Below, in pieces: positions 1-12,602 of a stretch of 64,000 nt of DNA (within the stretch, counting starts at the first letter, position 1; the number at the start of each line of letters is the position of its first letter). The DNA is taken from assembly GCA_030704615.1 (NCBI GenBank), contig CM060733.1, forward strand, positions 43,586,001 to 43,650,000. Direction: 5' to 3'. This DNA is from Takakia lepidozioides (taxonomy: Eukaryota > Plantae > Bryophyta). The notes under the pieces are model-generated. The model searched no databases. It was given only the letters and a program-made list of their open reading frames with translations, and was not told where the DNA came from. The translations under genes were made by a program, and so were the position numbers.

Positions 1-49
1 CCATTTTTCCTTGTATGCAGGTTACCTTGGCATCAAGAAAACCGTGGCT

Positions 50-215
50 CGCAAGCATCACTAGCCTTGGAACGCAAAGGCCGGACTTCTACCCACTTAG
101 TCAAGTAACACAAAGGTAGCTTTGACCCTTTGATGTGAGTGCGAGGGGTCCTACTAAGTCAATGCCAACACGAGCAAAAGCATGGGTGACAGGCAAAGGC
201 TACAGCTCATACAAG
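50..215 (-). pseudogene. Ty3/gypsy integrase N-terminal core fragment, inverted relative to the neighbouring integrase fragment
   Basis: Reverse strand translates to EL*PLPVTHAFARVGIDLVGPLALTSKGQSYL...TKWVEVRPLRSK, the first-Asp region of rve integrases. Confidence 0.75.
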
Positions 216-309
216 ATCCGGGCCCTAGGGAGAGCAATGTTAGCACGACAACCTTCACATTTAGAGATGAATTCCGTGACGTCTCAGTGAATGCCCAGCC
301 AATAGAGTT

Positions 310-928
310 CAGTTCTTCTTCAATGAGATCCTCATGCGGCATGGGTGGCATCGGGAGATACTAACGGATCAGGGCAAGGAGTTTTGCAACCAGCTCCTCA
401 CGGTGGTTTGCTTCATTTTTGGTGTTAAGCACTCCACCACAACCCCATACCATCCCCATACCAATGGCCTTACGGAATGCTTCAACCAAACTCTTTGCCG
501 AATGTTGGAAAAGAATGGCACACTTACTAGGGAGTGGGATACCTTTCTTCCCCTTATTCTCTTTGCTTATCGCACTACGGTGCATGCTAGCACCAAGGAG
601 ACTCCTTTTGAGTTGTTGTATGGTCGCAAGTGTGTTTCTCCTTTGCATTCTACCCCTCTTATCTCTATTGTTGCTGATCTGGTTGATCTTGATACTTTTG
701 TTGAGGATCTTCATGCTCGGCATGCGGTGTCTATCCATGATGCCAAAACGAACATTGGTAAGGCTTAGCTAACCCAGGCCCGTAATTTTAATAAGCGTGT
801 CAAGTATTCTAACTTGTTTCAGGTGGGACAGACCGTGTGCGTTTGATTACAACATGGCAAGCATGCATGCAAATCTAAGCTCAAGACCGACGGTCCATAC
901 TTGATCTATCAGATTTTACGTGGGCGAC
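310..928 (+). mobile_element. Degenerate Ty3/gypsy integrase core and C-terminus; host of the 929-11729 insertion, resumes at 11735
   Basis: ORF 334-768 contains REILTDQGKEF...TTPYHPHTNGLTECFNQTL...LFAYRTTVHASTKETPFELLYG; interrupted at the GCGAC target-site duplication. Confidence 0.85.
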
Positions 929-1832
929 TGTTAGAGGACTGTCTGGGACTTAGACACTTATACGGCATCTGTAGGGTACACTTAATATTTGCACAGACTG
1001 AGATCAACAGGAGCCTTAGGGGTGACAGCAGCACACTGAAAAAGGGGGTTACACAGTCCATCACAGCCAACACAGCCCGTCACAGTCGTCACAGCCGACA
1101 CAGCCATCACAGCCAACACAGCCCGTCACAGCCGACACAGCCACACAGCCAGTCACAGCTTGACACAGCGGTCACGACCATAGGGAACGGAGAGCAGGAC
1201 AGGGAACGACTGTGGGGAACAACACCTGCAAATGGAACATGTTAGTTCACGAACGACGGTTAGTGAGGGAAACGGTTAGAGCCACGGGTAGGAAGATAAA
1301 GGGAGAAGCAAGGACTGAGAAGGGAGGATTATTCTTGGAAGCACGTGAGGGGAAGGACTTCTTGGTCAGGGAAGAGAGGGGACCGGGCGGAGAGCAAGAA
1401 CGGAAGCAGGCATGGAGAGCACGGTGAAGGAGGAGAGATGATTACCAGATGCTTGTTATATGCAAAGCTGTAGTGATATTGTAGAGCAGATTAGAGACAA
1501 AATGGCTTCGGCTTGATACCTGATAAATCATAATCTGATACTTATACGATACAATCACACTGTATAGAGATATCTGAGTGAAGCTGTGGAATGAGTGGAT
1601 GAGTTGATGGAATCCGATAGATTGATGAAGCAAACTGATACTTAATTATCAACGGTAAGGTAGCTAACATGAATGCGGAAAGGGAAACAAATAGGAAATA
1701 CCCCCATGATACACTAGCTGTAGGTCATGACTGATTGTTCTGAGCGGGCTGAGTACTTAGATTTCCAACTCTTCTATCTTGGAGTTTCCGCCTCGGATAG
1801 CGAAGGGATGGGTGAGTAAAAGTCGCGCGACA
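929..1832 (+). repeat. 5' LTR, with a CACAGC micro-array at about 1050-1170
   Basis: TGTTAGAGG...GTCGCGCGACA; near-identical to 10842-11729 (about 13 substitutions and 3 indels by eye). Confidence 0.95.
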
Positions 1833-2419
1833 TTTGGCGACCATACTGGGGAACTGAGTCATGAACAACCAGATGTGACAGACATCTGGTGGGATCATGG
1901 TGGTTGGACCATTAAAGAATTTGAAGTGAATCAAATTCCCTGTGGAACGAAGGAAGAAAGATTGTCCAAACAATTCTTTCAAAGGTTCTTGGAATTGCCA
2001 GACGGTTGTAAGGAAAATATTCTTAAGCGAGTGCATGATGCTGATCCGGAATGGGGTCTGGAGAAAGGAGTGATAAAGATTTATCAGGTAGCCTGTAGAG
2101 GAAGAGCACGTTGGTTACCAACATTGGTTTATGTGATAGCATTGCTATCCATTAAGCGAGTAGAGTTTGAAGGCTGGGAGGAAAGAAAGGTGAATGTTTA
2201 TACTCATATGCATGAAGAGCTTTACTGGTAAAGAATTGGATTCCAAAGGATATTTTGTGGATCAAACTCACACCAAGAACAACTTTCCAGACTTGTTTGC
2301 CATATGGTTATATGGTAACGGAGACTTCAAGTATAGCCAAGGGTGCATTGAAGCTTGAAAGAAACCCAGGCATATACGAGAGATATTACAGAAGAGAGTT
2401 TTGGTCATTGCCACATTAA
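1779..2419 (+). pseudogene. Extra 5' ORF upstream of gag (unknown function), 1-nt frameshift near 2222
   Basis: ORF 1779-2231; the homologous copy at 29755-30273 is unbroken at this site; the restored frame runs to TAA at about 2419. Confidence 0.65.
1835..1852 (+). promoter_or_regulatory. Primer-binding site, probably tRNA-Arg
   Basis: TGGCGACCATACTGGGGA begins 2 nt after the LTR and resembles the complement of the 3' end of plant tRNA-Arg(UCG). Confidence 0.75.
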
Positions 2420-2441
2420 AAAGAAATGAAAGACATGGGAC

Positions 2442-4352
2442 ATGAGTGATGAAAGAGAAGCTAGACGCCAGAGATATTCAGCAAAAAGAGAAAGCTATCT
2501 GAAAGCTAATTATCCATATCTTTGGGAGAGAGGAATAGACATAGGGGAATCATCTGGACCTCTCACACCATTAAGATCAAAGAGTACATCACCCATACCG
2601 GAAGAACTAGAGTTGGATGCCACTCCTTCTGTTTCTTTGCAAGAAAGATTAAGGGGATTGGTACAGGAGGAAGATCAATCACGAGGTGAAAGATCTGAGG
2701 TACATCCCTGGATAAAAGATTTGACAGAAATCTTTGATAAGAGTTGGCATGGAACACCAAAAGCAGGAACTCCAGTTTCTGAAGCGGAAGGTGAAGAAGG
2801 ACAAGAGGATGTGGCAGAGCCAACGGAGAGTTCAGACTCTCCAACACCATTACAGTTGAGTTACATGAGTGAAGAAGAAACCCAAGGGCAGAACTTGGAG
2901 GATGAAAACAGAGAGAAGAAATTGGAAGAGGAAGAATATGAAGAAGTAGACCCAACAGCTGAGGTTGAGACTACAACCAGGACATCCCAACCCGTTGGAC
3001 CTGGATCAAGTGGAGCACTTGGATCACAGGCCAACGAAGGTGTCGGCTCAGGGGGATCAGGCAGGCGGCCTAGATCTGGCTCTGGGGGGACAGGGAGTGT
3101 GGGAAGTAGTGCACCTGAAGCTGGGAATACTGTGAATATCGTGGGGCCAGAAGCAGGGAGTGCTCAAGGGCCACCACTTGGTGGAAGATCCACCACAAAA
3201 ACAACAGGTCCAAAAGGACCAGCACCAGCAAGGGTGCCAGCACCTGTCAGTGGGCAGAAGGTAGGGCCACAGATGGCGTTACAACCAACACGGGCAAAAC
3301 CACCCTTTCAGGAAAAGGGGATCCCGATGTACACATTAGCCAATTTGAGCACATGTGTATAGTGAACAATGAGAATGGCGATGATGCCAAGATGAGATTG
3401 TTTCCTTGTTCACTTATCAAGAAAGCAAGTGAATGGTATGCAAGATTCCCTGATAATCATTTCCTAACCTGGAATGGCTTGAATACAACATTCCGAAATA
3501 GGTTCAGGACAAGTAAAATTGAGGATGAAGTGTATGGAAGTTTACAACAGTTAAAGCAAAAGAAGCATGAAACTGTTGAGGAGTATATGAAAAAGATGGA
3601 ATTGATGATGAAAAAGCTGGCTGCAGTACCAGCACCAGGTTTACAGAAGACTTGGTTTGTGAGTGGACTAAGACCAGAGTTGCAAAAGAAAGTGGATATG
3701 TTACCCCATAATACAGTGGAGGAGGCATTTGAAACTGCAAACAGAATTGAGCAATTGGGAATGCTCAGGAGAGAGAAAAATGATGATGAGGACTCTGAGG
3801 ATGAGTCAGATGAAGAAGAAGAGCAGGAACTAAAAAAGAGGAGTAAGAGAAAGGAGAAGCTGAAGAGGGATAACTATGAAAAAAGATTGGAAGAAATCTT
3901 GAAGAAGTATGCCACAGAGGCTGCAACACATTGGAGGAAGGGTGTTTGGTGTGCAAAATGCCAGAATGAAGGCCACACCACTACTGAATGCCACATGAAA
4001 GAGAAACACTGTACTATCTGTAAAATGGATAATCATTCTACTGAGAATTGTTACTACAACAGAAGGACAGCTGCAAGAGAACCAGGTGCAGCCCCAGCCA
4101 AGAAGAAACAATGATCAGGACCACTATGGTAGGTCTGGTGGTTATAACAATGGCATGGAAGGGAGAGGTAATTCAAGAGGAAATTAAACCAAGGAAATTC
4201 CAGAGGCAACTATCAGGGTAATCCAAGGGGGAATTACCAGCCCGGGAATCAGGATTATAGAAATAATCCAAGAACAGACCAAGGGCGAGGACCCAATGGT
4301 GAAGAACTATGTTACTATTGTAATCAGCTAGGACATCGCAGGGCAGCCTGTT
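2442..4352 (+). pseudogene. gag: Gag with acidic N-terminal region and three CCHC zinc knuckles, frameshifted
   Basis: AKMRLFPCSLIKKASEWY gag core; knuckles CAKCQNEGHTTTEC, CTICKMDNHSTENC and CYYCNQLGHRRAAC; breaks near 3305 and 4110. Confidence 0.9.
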
Positions 4353-4378
4353 CATTCTGGATAAGACACCAGAATGAG

Positions 4379-6130
4379 ATGAGAGCTCCTGTGAATGAGG
4401 GCCCAGTGGTGGCAGCTCACATGGTTAGGCCATGTGTTGTGCCAGAAGTAAGTACAATGATAGTAACAAGAAGTAAAGCCAAACTAATACCTCCATTAGT
4501 AGAGGAAGAAGATGATAATGAAGGTGGCAATGATATGCCTGAAGATGAAGAGACTTGGAAAGATGAGAAGGAACTGCACAAGGAAGTGACAGATATTATA
4601 AGGGAAATGCAGAAGAGTACTGATATTCCTGTGGCAGATTCCTCTGATTCTGATGGAGAAGAAGGGAGTGAGGATGAAAGGAAGAAAGAAGATGCAGACA
4701 TGCAAAGTAATGAAGAGACTTTGGCTGAAGTAATATGCCAGACCAAAGCAGAAATTACCATTGGACAGCTATTGGCTGTGGCACCTTATTGTAGGCACAG
4801 GCTGTATCAAGCAATCAATCGAATTGCCCAGGAGACAAGAAACACAGACCTGAACAGCAAGGTGACCAGTTATAATGTGAAGCCGGAAGGGCGAGAAACA
4901 GTCATGGACTTTGATGATTCTATGCCAGTAATCCAACTGAGAATTGGAAGCACAGAACTAATTGATGTACTGATAGATGGAGGCTCTGGAGTTAATATCA
5001 TGACAGACCAATTAAGGAAGAAGCTTGGTCTAAGTAACATGAAACCAGCCCCATTTACAGTAACAATGGCAGATCAAAGAAGTGTACAGCCATTGGGATT
5101 GATAAGAGGAGTTAAGATACAGATACAGAAGATGATCTTTATGATCACAGTAACTGTGTTGAAGATGGATGAAGTCATGGAGGCTTACTCCTTATTATTG
5201 GGACGTCCGTGGCTGAAACAGGCCAGGGTATTCCATGACTGGAATTCTCAGTTACTAACCGTGCATAATGGGATACACGAGATACAAATTACCACAAAGA
5301 AATCTAGTAGATTACCAGCCAAGAATTCACGGAACAGGTACATAATTACAGCCACTAATTATACTACGAAGTGGGTGGAAGCTAAAGCTTTGAGGGACAA
5401 CTCAGCCAAGTCCAGAGCAAGGTTCCTGTATGAGAACATACTTACACGATTTGGCTGTCCCTTAGAATTTATCAGTGATCAGGGAAGTCACTTCATGAAT
5501 GAGACCATTGAGTTGTTGACTAAAGAGTTCATGATTGTGCATAGAAAGAGTACAACATATTACCCACAGGGTAATGGGCAGGCAGAGGCTACCAACAAAC
5601 TACTATGTACTATCTTGGCTAGTGTGCAGCAAATATGGTAGCTTCCTGCTCCTCATCCAGTCCTCCTCTCCAGTCATACTCTCTGACTCCTCGAGGTCTT
5701 CTTGTACTAAGTATACACCATTCCAATTAGTTTATGGTATGGAAGCCTTACTTCCAGTGGAATTCCTGTTACCTACCATGAGAACGGAGTGGGGAAAGAG
5801 AATGGAATTGCAAGATTCCATTAAGGTCAGGAAACATGAATTATACCATGTGGAAGAAGTACGTGTTGATGCAGCTGATAATATGACCAGAATTCAGATG
5901 AAGAGGAAGGAACAGTTTGACGAGAACAAGTTAAAAACTTTTAAGACGGGAGATTTGGTTCTATGGTTGCAGAAGAAGGGAAAAATTAAAGCTTCTAAGC
6001 TTAAATCACCATGGAAAGGACCTTATGTCACACAAAAGAGGTATGATAACAACACCGCCATGTTACAAACCATTAACAAAGAGATGCTGGGAAGAGTCAA
6101 TGCCAATAAGTTGAAGGGATACAGTGGTAT
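4379..6130 (+). pseudogene. pol: Aspartic protease fused directly to the integrase core (RT, RNaseH and HHCC missing)
   Basis: VLIDGGSGVNIM...LLLGRPWL, then RYIITATNYTTKWVEAKAL, ISDQGSHF, YYPQGNGQAE, TPFQLVYG, WKGPY. Confidence 0.9.
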
Positions 6131-6266
6131 CCATGACAAACCATTACAGCATGATTTGCATGTTGAAACGCAAGAGCAGTCACGGGCCGCACCAGTGTTA
6201 CCAACGGAGTATGGAGCACTTGTCGTTAGGCCAAGCATATATGACCAGGGCGGACAGAACAAGCGT

Positions 6267-6540
6267 GACACAGCCTATCACAGCCCAGCACGGCGAAACA
6301 CAGCCTATCACAGCCCATCAAGGCGAAACACAGCCTTTCACAGCCCATCAAGGCGAAACACAGCCTATCACAGTCCATCACAATGTGACACAACCTATCA
6401 CAGCCCAGCACGGCGCAACACAGCCTATCACAACCTACCACCGCGTGTCACAGCCTATCACAGCTTACCACAGTGCATCACAGCCTATCACAGCGTACCA
6501 CAGTATGACACAGCCTGTCACAGCTCAACACAGCCTACTA
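6267..6540 (+). repeat. About 9 tandem copies of a 30-bp unit (ACACAGCCTATCACAGCCC...)
   Basis: Directly visible; translates in frame as RNTAYHSPSR repeats. Confidence 0.9.
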
Positions 6541-7124
6541 GGATTACACGATCCATAGAATTAGTGACAGGTGGACGCACAATAACTTCAGGAAAATGGC
6601 CGACGGAAGAAAGGACGGAAACCAGTTTAAAAATGGACACGTGGAAGTCAGGGCGCGACACACAACTGAGAAGGAAGTGCAAGAACAGGTGTCATCAAGA
6701 AAGAGGACAAGAATGGCTGTCAGAATACCTAATCAGCGCGTCAAATTGGATGAAAGGCGGGCCCATTAATGAATACGGTAAAAGGGGAACGGAACAAACG
6801 GCAAGTACAGAAAAGCGAAATTCTTATCACATGTATGATCCTAGTGGACTATCCAGCAGGGAAAGTCCACTAAAGAAAATGAAATCTAAAATCCAGTCAC
6901 AGCGGTTACAGCCAATAGAAAGCCAGAGAAAGGATCAAGAAATTGGAGGAAAATTAAGCGCAAGAGGCGGCGTCGTTCTGAGTAACGGGCGTCTCGACGG
7001 GACAGACCATCAATGCTATAGCTTGGAAACTATGGAGGAACTAACAGACTATACGCTCGCAATATTACTTACGTAGTGGCATAGACATGAAAGAACAGAG
7101 CAGAGCTTTTCTCTTGAGCGATGC

Positions 7125-10100
7125 TTGCAAGCCCCGCAGGCTTACAAGAAATTACCCATAGCTTTTTGTGGCAACCATACGTTTATGCTTTGTTCACTAC
7201 AGGCATTTCTGCAGTTGTTACAACCAAAATATTTCTGTGGGACTAAAATGAAGAGAGTGAGAGGAATGGAGGAAATCAGGGTGAAGAGCACCACAATTCT
7301 GCAGAAACAAACGATTGCTACCCCACAGGCGATACAGATACTGAAGGAGCTGAGATTGCAAGGATTGCAAAGCATAGATTGGACATTGCACCATAGACAG
7401 TACATGTTACAATTCTTGCAAAACTTTGAGCCAAGGACAGGAACAACAACGGTGAAGGGAGTTGAATTAGTAATTACTCCCCTATACCTCCAGCAATTGT
7501 TTCGATTGCCAGCAGGTCAGGTGCATGTGGAGGAGCACGGGGCAAGACTGCAAATAGGGGACTTATTCCAAGAAGAGAGTTTCTTTAAAACTCAGGGTTA
7601 TGCTTGTACCAAGGCCGTGTACCCAGGGCTAAAGGAGGTAGGCCAGGTATTGAACGTTCTGATTGCCATGAAACAGAACCAACAATATTTGAGCAGATCC
7701 TTCACGGAGGAAATACTCAAAGCACTGAAAGGACAAGAGGTAGAATGGGCAGACATAATGTACAACGCACTGGTAGAGGAGATGAAAAGATTACAAGGTA
7801 CTACCGCAAAGTCTCCTATCATAGTGTCTGGCCCTATCATTGCTCAAATAATTCTTGATTCTGGCATACTTGATGCGCAAGAAAGAAAGGAGATGAGAGT
7901 GTTTGAGCCAGAAAACACTGCAATGGAAGAGCAAGGCTCTTCACACAGTGAGGGTGGACTAGCAGGGCAACCCGAGACTAAGAGGCAGAGACGGGGAAAG
8001 ACTGTAGTGGCGGATCCACTGGCTTCACGGATTCCACATGATAATGTTTCCTAAGCTCATGTGCAGGAAGGGGCACATCAGCACAGAGAACTGCTATTAC
8101 TGGAAGCAGGACCTTCAGAGAGGGAAGAGGAAGTTACTTCAGCATCACAGCCATCACAGCTAGCTGATCGGCTTGTCACAAGGTTACCACAACTTGCCCA
8201 TGAAGTGCCACCAGAAATAATTGATTTGGAAAAAGAAGGGTTAGATATTCCAACTACAGAACAGATAGTGGCAGAAATTGAGAAGGGGGACCTTCTCTAT
8301 GAATATTCTGGTCTGGTCAAGGAGACAGAGATTCCAGAGGTGCAACAGTTGCCCAAGGGAAATCCAGAGGTGCATATAATACACACACCTGTGTCGGAGG
8401 TACCACAGGTAGAATGTCAAGACACTGCAGCACCGGTGATGGATGAAGTGGTTCAGGAAGAAAATCCGGTGGGACAATGGCCTGAGTGGTTCGTGAGACA
8501 TCACACAGTTAAGGATTAGGAGGAACAGCAGCAACCTCACCATGATGACCCTCAACAGGCAATGCTGATGAGTTCCATAGGTAGGACACTTAATTTGTTG
8601 GGGACTTATGTCAAATCCCATATTCCAACTACCCAATTGACAGCCTTGAGAGAGGAACTCGGGAAGGAATTTGAAGCTCGACTAGCCACTGAGTGTGCAA
8701 ACAAGGTCGATGAGGAGGTCACTCTCAAGATGCAGCAGGACTTGCAAAATACAGAAGCGGCTTTGCAATTGGCCAAGGAACAATTGATTGAGGCAGGCCT
8801 CGCGCAAAACCAGTTGCACGAAGCACATAAGCGACAGCTATACCAAATGCAGGTGCAGCATGAAAACAAGTTGCAAGAACTGAATGCACTACATACGGAG
8901 TTGCAGACAGTGCATGACAAGATGACGATACAATGTGCTACATTCACAACTATGCTTGACCAATCTACAAAAGAAATAAACAGTCAAGTGGAAAAATGTA
9001 CGAAGGCAAAACAAGAGAATGTTGAGCAAATGAAACTCATTGTCGATATGAAGAATACAATCTGTCGCAATGAGGATATTTTCAAGCAATACAGACAGGT
9101 TGAAGCTGACCAAGAGAAGTACATCCTGGAGTTGCAACAAACGCTCGTGGCCAATAGAAATGAAATCTCGGTCACTAACAAGGCTTGGAGGGAAGCTAAT
9201 AATCTACTTGCTGCCTATGCGAATTTGGTTGAACCTCATGTGAAGCGCATGGAGGCTTTACAACAGCAGTTAGAAGTGTACAAACTCAGAGAGGAGCACA
9301 CTCTCAGAGGAACCACAAGCAACTTGGTGGATAACAGCCTTATGCAGGTCTGGTTAGCACAAGGGCCAGTGGAGGGCAAAGCACCACGAAAGCTCACCCA
9401 AAGCGAGATGAATGAGCTCAGACTGCAAGTGCAGAACATTGCCACAACTACTATAGACAATGTCTATAGTAGGATAGCAGAGTTACAGGAGGATGTAGAT
9501 GGACTGCAGACTCAAGTGGAGGACCTCACTTCAAATATCGACAAAAGAGTCTATATCCCTCAGGAACAGCTAATGGCTTCTTATTTACAAGCCAGAACTT
9601 TGGCTTTTCAGTCTTCACAGGAGGTGCAGGAGATGCCAATGATACAAGAGCCAGTACCACCAACACCACAACAAGTCACTGTACCAGTAGCTGAACCTGT
9701 TGTTACTACAACCACACCACAGCCACCACAACCTGAGGTATGGGGCAATGCTGCTTTTAACCCACCTAAAACTCCAGCTGCAAGGGAGTACAGTAGGGCT
9801 ATGATTATGCCCTTCAACCAAATTCCCATCATGTTGGATTTGGCTTGGAAAGAATTTAGTCCTCCGTAGTCATTCGCACATTACTACCAAATCATGCGTA
9901 TTTGGCTGCCAGTGGCAACTAGGACTAAAGTTCTTCCGAACAATCGACATATTGAGGATCATCACTTTGCACAATACTGGCATGAGGCAAGTACAATGTT
10001 GAAGGAATTAATTGCCTTCCAAGTTGTACATGGACTCATTTATACCAAGACCAAGGAGGTAGCAAGTATTGTCATGGAATGCGGGTTATACTACGCTGCT

Positions 10101-10637
10101 TGTTTTCTGGTACGTTGTCACATTGAGCAACATAAGATGCAATCGCGCTTTCTGAGTTATTCCAGTGGAGATCATTGGGTCTTACCTTCAGTACCACCTC
10201 ATATGTACCTATATGAGGCAAAAGTTATGATGCAAAACGATTCTCAAATTCGTTCATGGTTTCAAGCGGCCTGGAACAATTTGTCAACACAGAAATTCGG
10301 CATTGATGATATTTTCTATAAGGGACATGTGGCATGGAAATACTTGCACGGTGTACAAGTAATTGGTACCCCACTCACCTGGGCAGACAAGGAACTCAGT
10401 GTCTTCACTAATTTTGCTGTTCAGCGTTTACAGCAAGTTGTAAAATATAAACTTCCAGACATGGTAGGACAACATTGTATGCCCCAGAGGATTCCACAAA
10501 AAGTTCGACAATTAAAACACCTGAGAAGCGATGAGGATTCTGATACAACTGTTTCTTCAGCGGATTCTTTTGACATGGGAGAAGACTATGCATTACAGAT
10601 GGCAGAGAAGAAGCGACGGGGGGTCTCCTATGCCTGA
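7125..10637 (+). pseudogene. Large extra 3' ORF (about 1170 codons): Athila-ORF2/plant-transposon-protein-like N-domain plus long coiled coil, broken by three in-frame stops
   Basis: ORFs 7125-8054, 8061-8519, 8562-9869 and 9894-10637 share one frame; motif QFLQNF...TVKGVELVITPLYLQQLFRLP; heptad-rich region in 8562-9500. Confidence 0.75.
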
Positions 10638-10824
10638 AAGGTTACCTCGATATCAGCCACCAGAGGGCCTCACTTATCCGGGTACTGTTCAAACATCTCC
10701 GTCAACCAGTGACAGACCTCGGGCTCGTACACACAGTCCGCCACGAAACTCTCAACGTCAGAAAGGTGCTCACTCACAAAGGTTTGCTAATCGCAATCAG
10801 TAAACCGTGAGGACACGACTTTTT

Positions 10825-10838
10825 GAGAGGGGAAGGGG
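10825..10838 (+). promoter_or_regulatory. Polypurine tract
   Basis: GAGAGGGGAAGGGG ends 3 nt before the 3' LTR. Confidence 0.9.
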
Positions 10839-10841
10839 TAA

Positions 10842-11729
10842 TGTTAGAGGACTGTTTGGGACTTAGACACTTATACGGCATCTGTAGGGTACCCTTAATT
10901 TTTGCACAGACTGAGATCAACAGGAGCCTTAGGGGTGACAGCAACACACTGAAAAAGGGGGTTACACAGTCCATCACAGCCAACACAGCCCGTCACAGCC
11001 ATCACAGCCAACACAGCCCGTCACAGCCGACACAGCTACACAGCCAGTCACAGCTTGACACAGCGGTCACGACCATAGGGAACGGAGAGCAGGACAGGGA
11101 ACGACTGTGGGGAACAACACCTGCAAATGGAACATGTTAGTTCACGAACGACGGTTAGTGAGGGAAACGGTTAGAGCCACGGGTAGGAAGATAAAGGGAG
11201 AAGCAAGGACTGAGAAGGAAGGATTATTCTTGGAAGCACGTGAGGGGAAGGACTTCTTGGTCAGGGAAGAGAGGGGATCGGGCGGAGAGCAAGAACGGAA
11301 GCAAGCATGGAGAGCACGGTGAAGGAGGAGAGATGATTACCAGATGCTTGTTATATGCAAAGCTGTAGTGATATTGTAGAGCAGATTAGAGACAAAATGG
11401 CTTCGGCCTGATACCTGATAAATCATAATCTGATACTTATACGATACAATCACACTGTGTAGAGAGATCTGAGTGAAGCTGTGGAATGAATGGATGAGTT
11501 GATGGAATCCGATAGATTGATGAAGCAAACTGATACTTAATTATCAACGGTAAGGTAGCTAACATGAATGCGGAAAGGGAAACAAATAGGAAATACCCCC
11601 ATGATACACTAGCTGTAGGTCATGACTCATTGTTCTGAGCGGGCTGAGTACTTAGAGATTTCCAACTCTTCTATGTTGGAGTTTCCGCCTCGGATAGCGA
11701 AGGGATGGGTGAGTAAAAGTCGCGCGACA
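10842..11729 (+). repeat. 3' LTR
   Basis: Direct repeat of 929-1832, followed by TSD GCGAC. Confidence 0.95.
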
Positions 11730-12150
11730 GCGACGTGCTCTCCTTTTTCCACAAGGCTCTAATATTGAAGTACGGGATGAACCTGTTTCCTTGACGGACT
11801 TGGTGCATTCCGAGCTAGTTTTTTATCTTACATGTATCAATGTGGAGGGCCGCCGATTTACTTTAGCTTGATCCTCTTCTCTTCAGCAGCTTAGTCTTAG
11901 TTTGCGGATGGTGACTCTTGGGGTCCTAGGACTTGACCTCTCTAGGACTTATAAACATTTTTTCATGGTATATCACCATCTGTACTCCCTGCATGATTTT
12001 CCTAGCCAAGGGTTTTGTCCTTGGCCCAACTTGCAGGTGCCAGGTTTTCCCTTGGTAGGATTTTCACCCAGCAGTGGAGGGTGATATTTCCCTATTATTT
12101 GGTTGTCTTCGCAGAGCTCAGGATTTTTCGTGGGGGGTAGGCCTCACAGA

Positions 12151-12602
12151 TGTAAAGCCCCATATTTGCTTAGCCTAGAAAATTCTCTTTTCATCCAAAA
12201 CGGCGATACACATCCATAGTATATTTTTTTGGCGTATAAAGCCGTTAAACCGTTACAATGATATCTAGGTTAGGGTTAGTTTTGGCTGGTGGCTCGATCC
12301 TAGCCCTTCATCTGATCTCGGGTGATAAAGCGGCATCGTGGGCTTTGGCTTGTGACACCTCGCCATGCGGCGGGCCACTAAAGCTAGGGCTTTTGTATAA
12401 AGATGACGCCTTGACACAAGGTGAGGGCGTTGTACTCAGGTGTGAGTGTACAAGCTTTGGATGAGAGCTGCTTTGTGTTAGATCCGTGTGCTTGATCCTC
12501 CTCTCACGCGTTGCCTGCTCTTTCCGCTCGCCCCTTTGTTGTGAAAACTTGCTTCTTGAGAGGAAATGAGTTTGTGCTTCAAGCTTGTTTTAAGGCCTCA
12601 CA
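12151..12602 (+). repeat. Putative 3' LTR of the host gypsy element
   Basis: TGTAAAGCC...GGCCTCACA imperfect terminal inverted repeat, preceded by a G-rich tract; no second copy in the window. Confidence 0.4.

Larger units (their letters stand above)
929..11729 (+). mobile_element. Full-length non-autonomous Ty3/gypsy LTR retrotransposon (non-chromovirus, Athila/Tat-like), RT/RNaseH deleted
   Basis: Paired TG...CA LTRs; 5-bp TSD GCGAC (924-928 and 11730-11734); PBS; PPT; gag, protease and integrase motifs. Confidence 0.95.

Noticed and set aside
901-1633. Short ORFs repeated at 10823-11528 and 28994-29661
   Set aside because: They recur only because they lie in LTR copies, and they are broken differently in the third copy
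6267-6540. CRISPR-like array
   Set aside because: Contiguous tandem units with no unique spacers, no cas genes, and a eukaryotic retroelement context
8562-9869. True retroviral envelope protein
   Set aside because: Coiled-coil composition with no evident signal peptide or transmembrane segment
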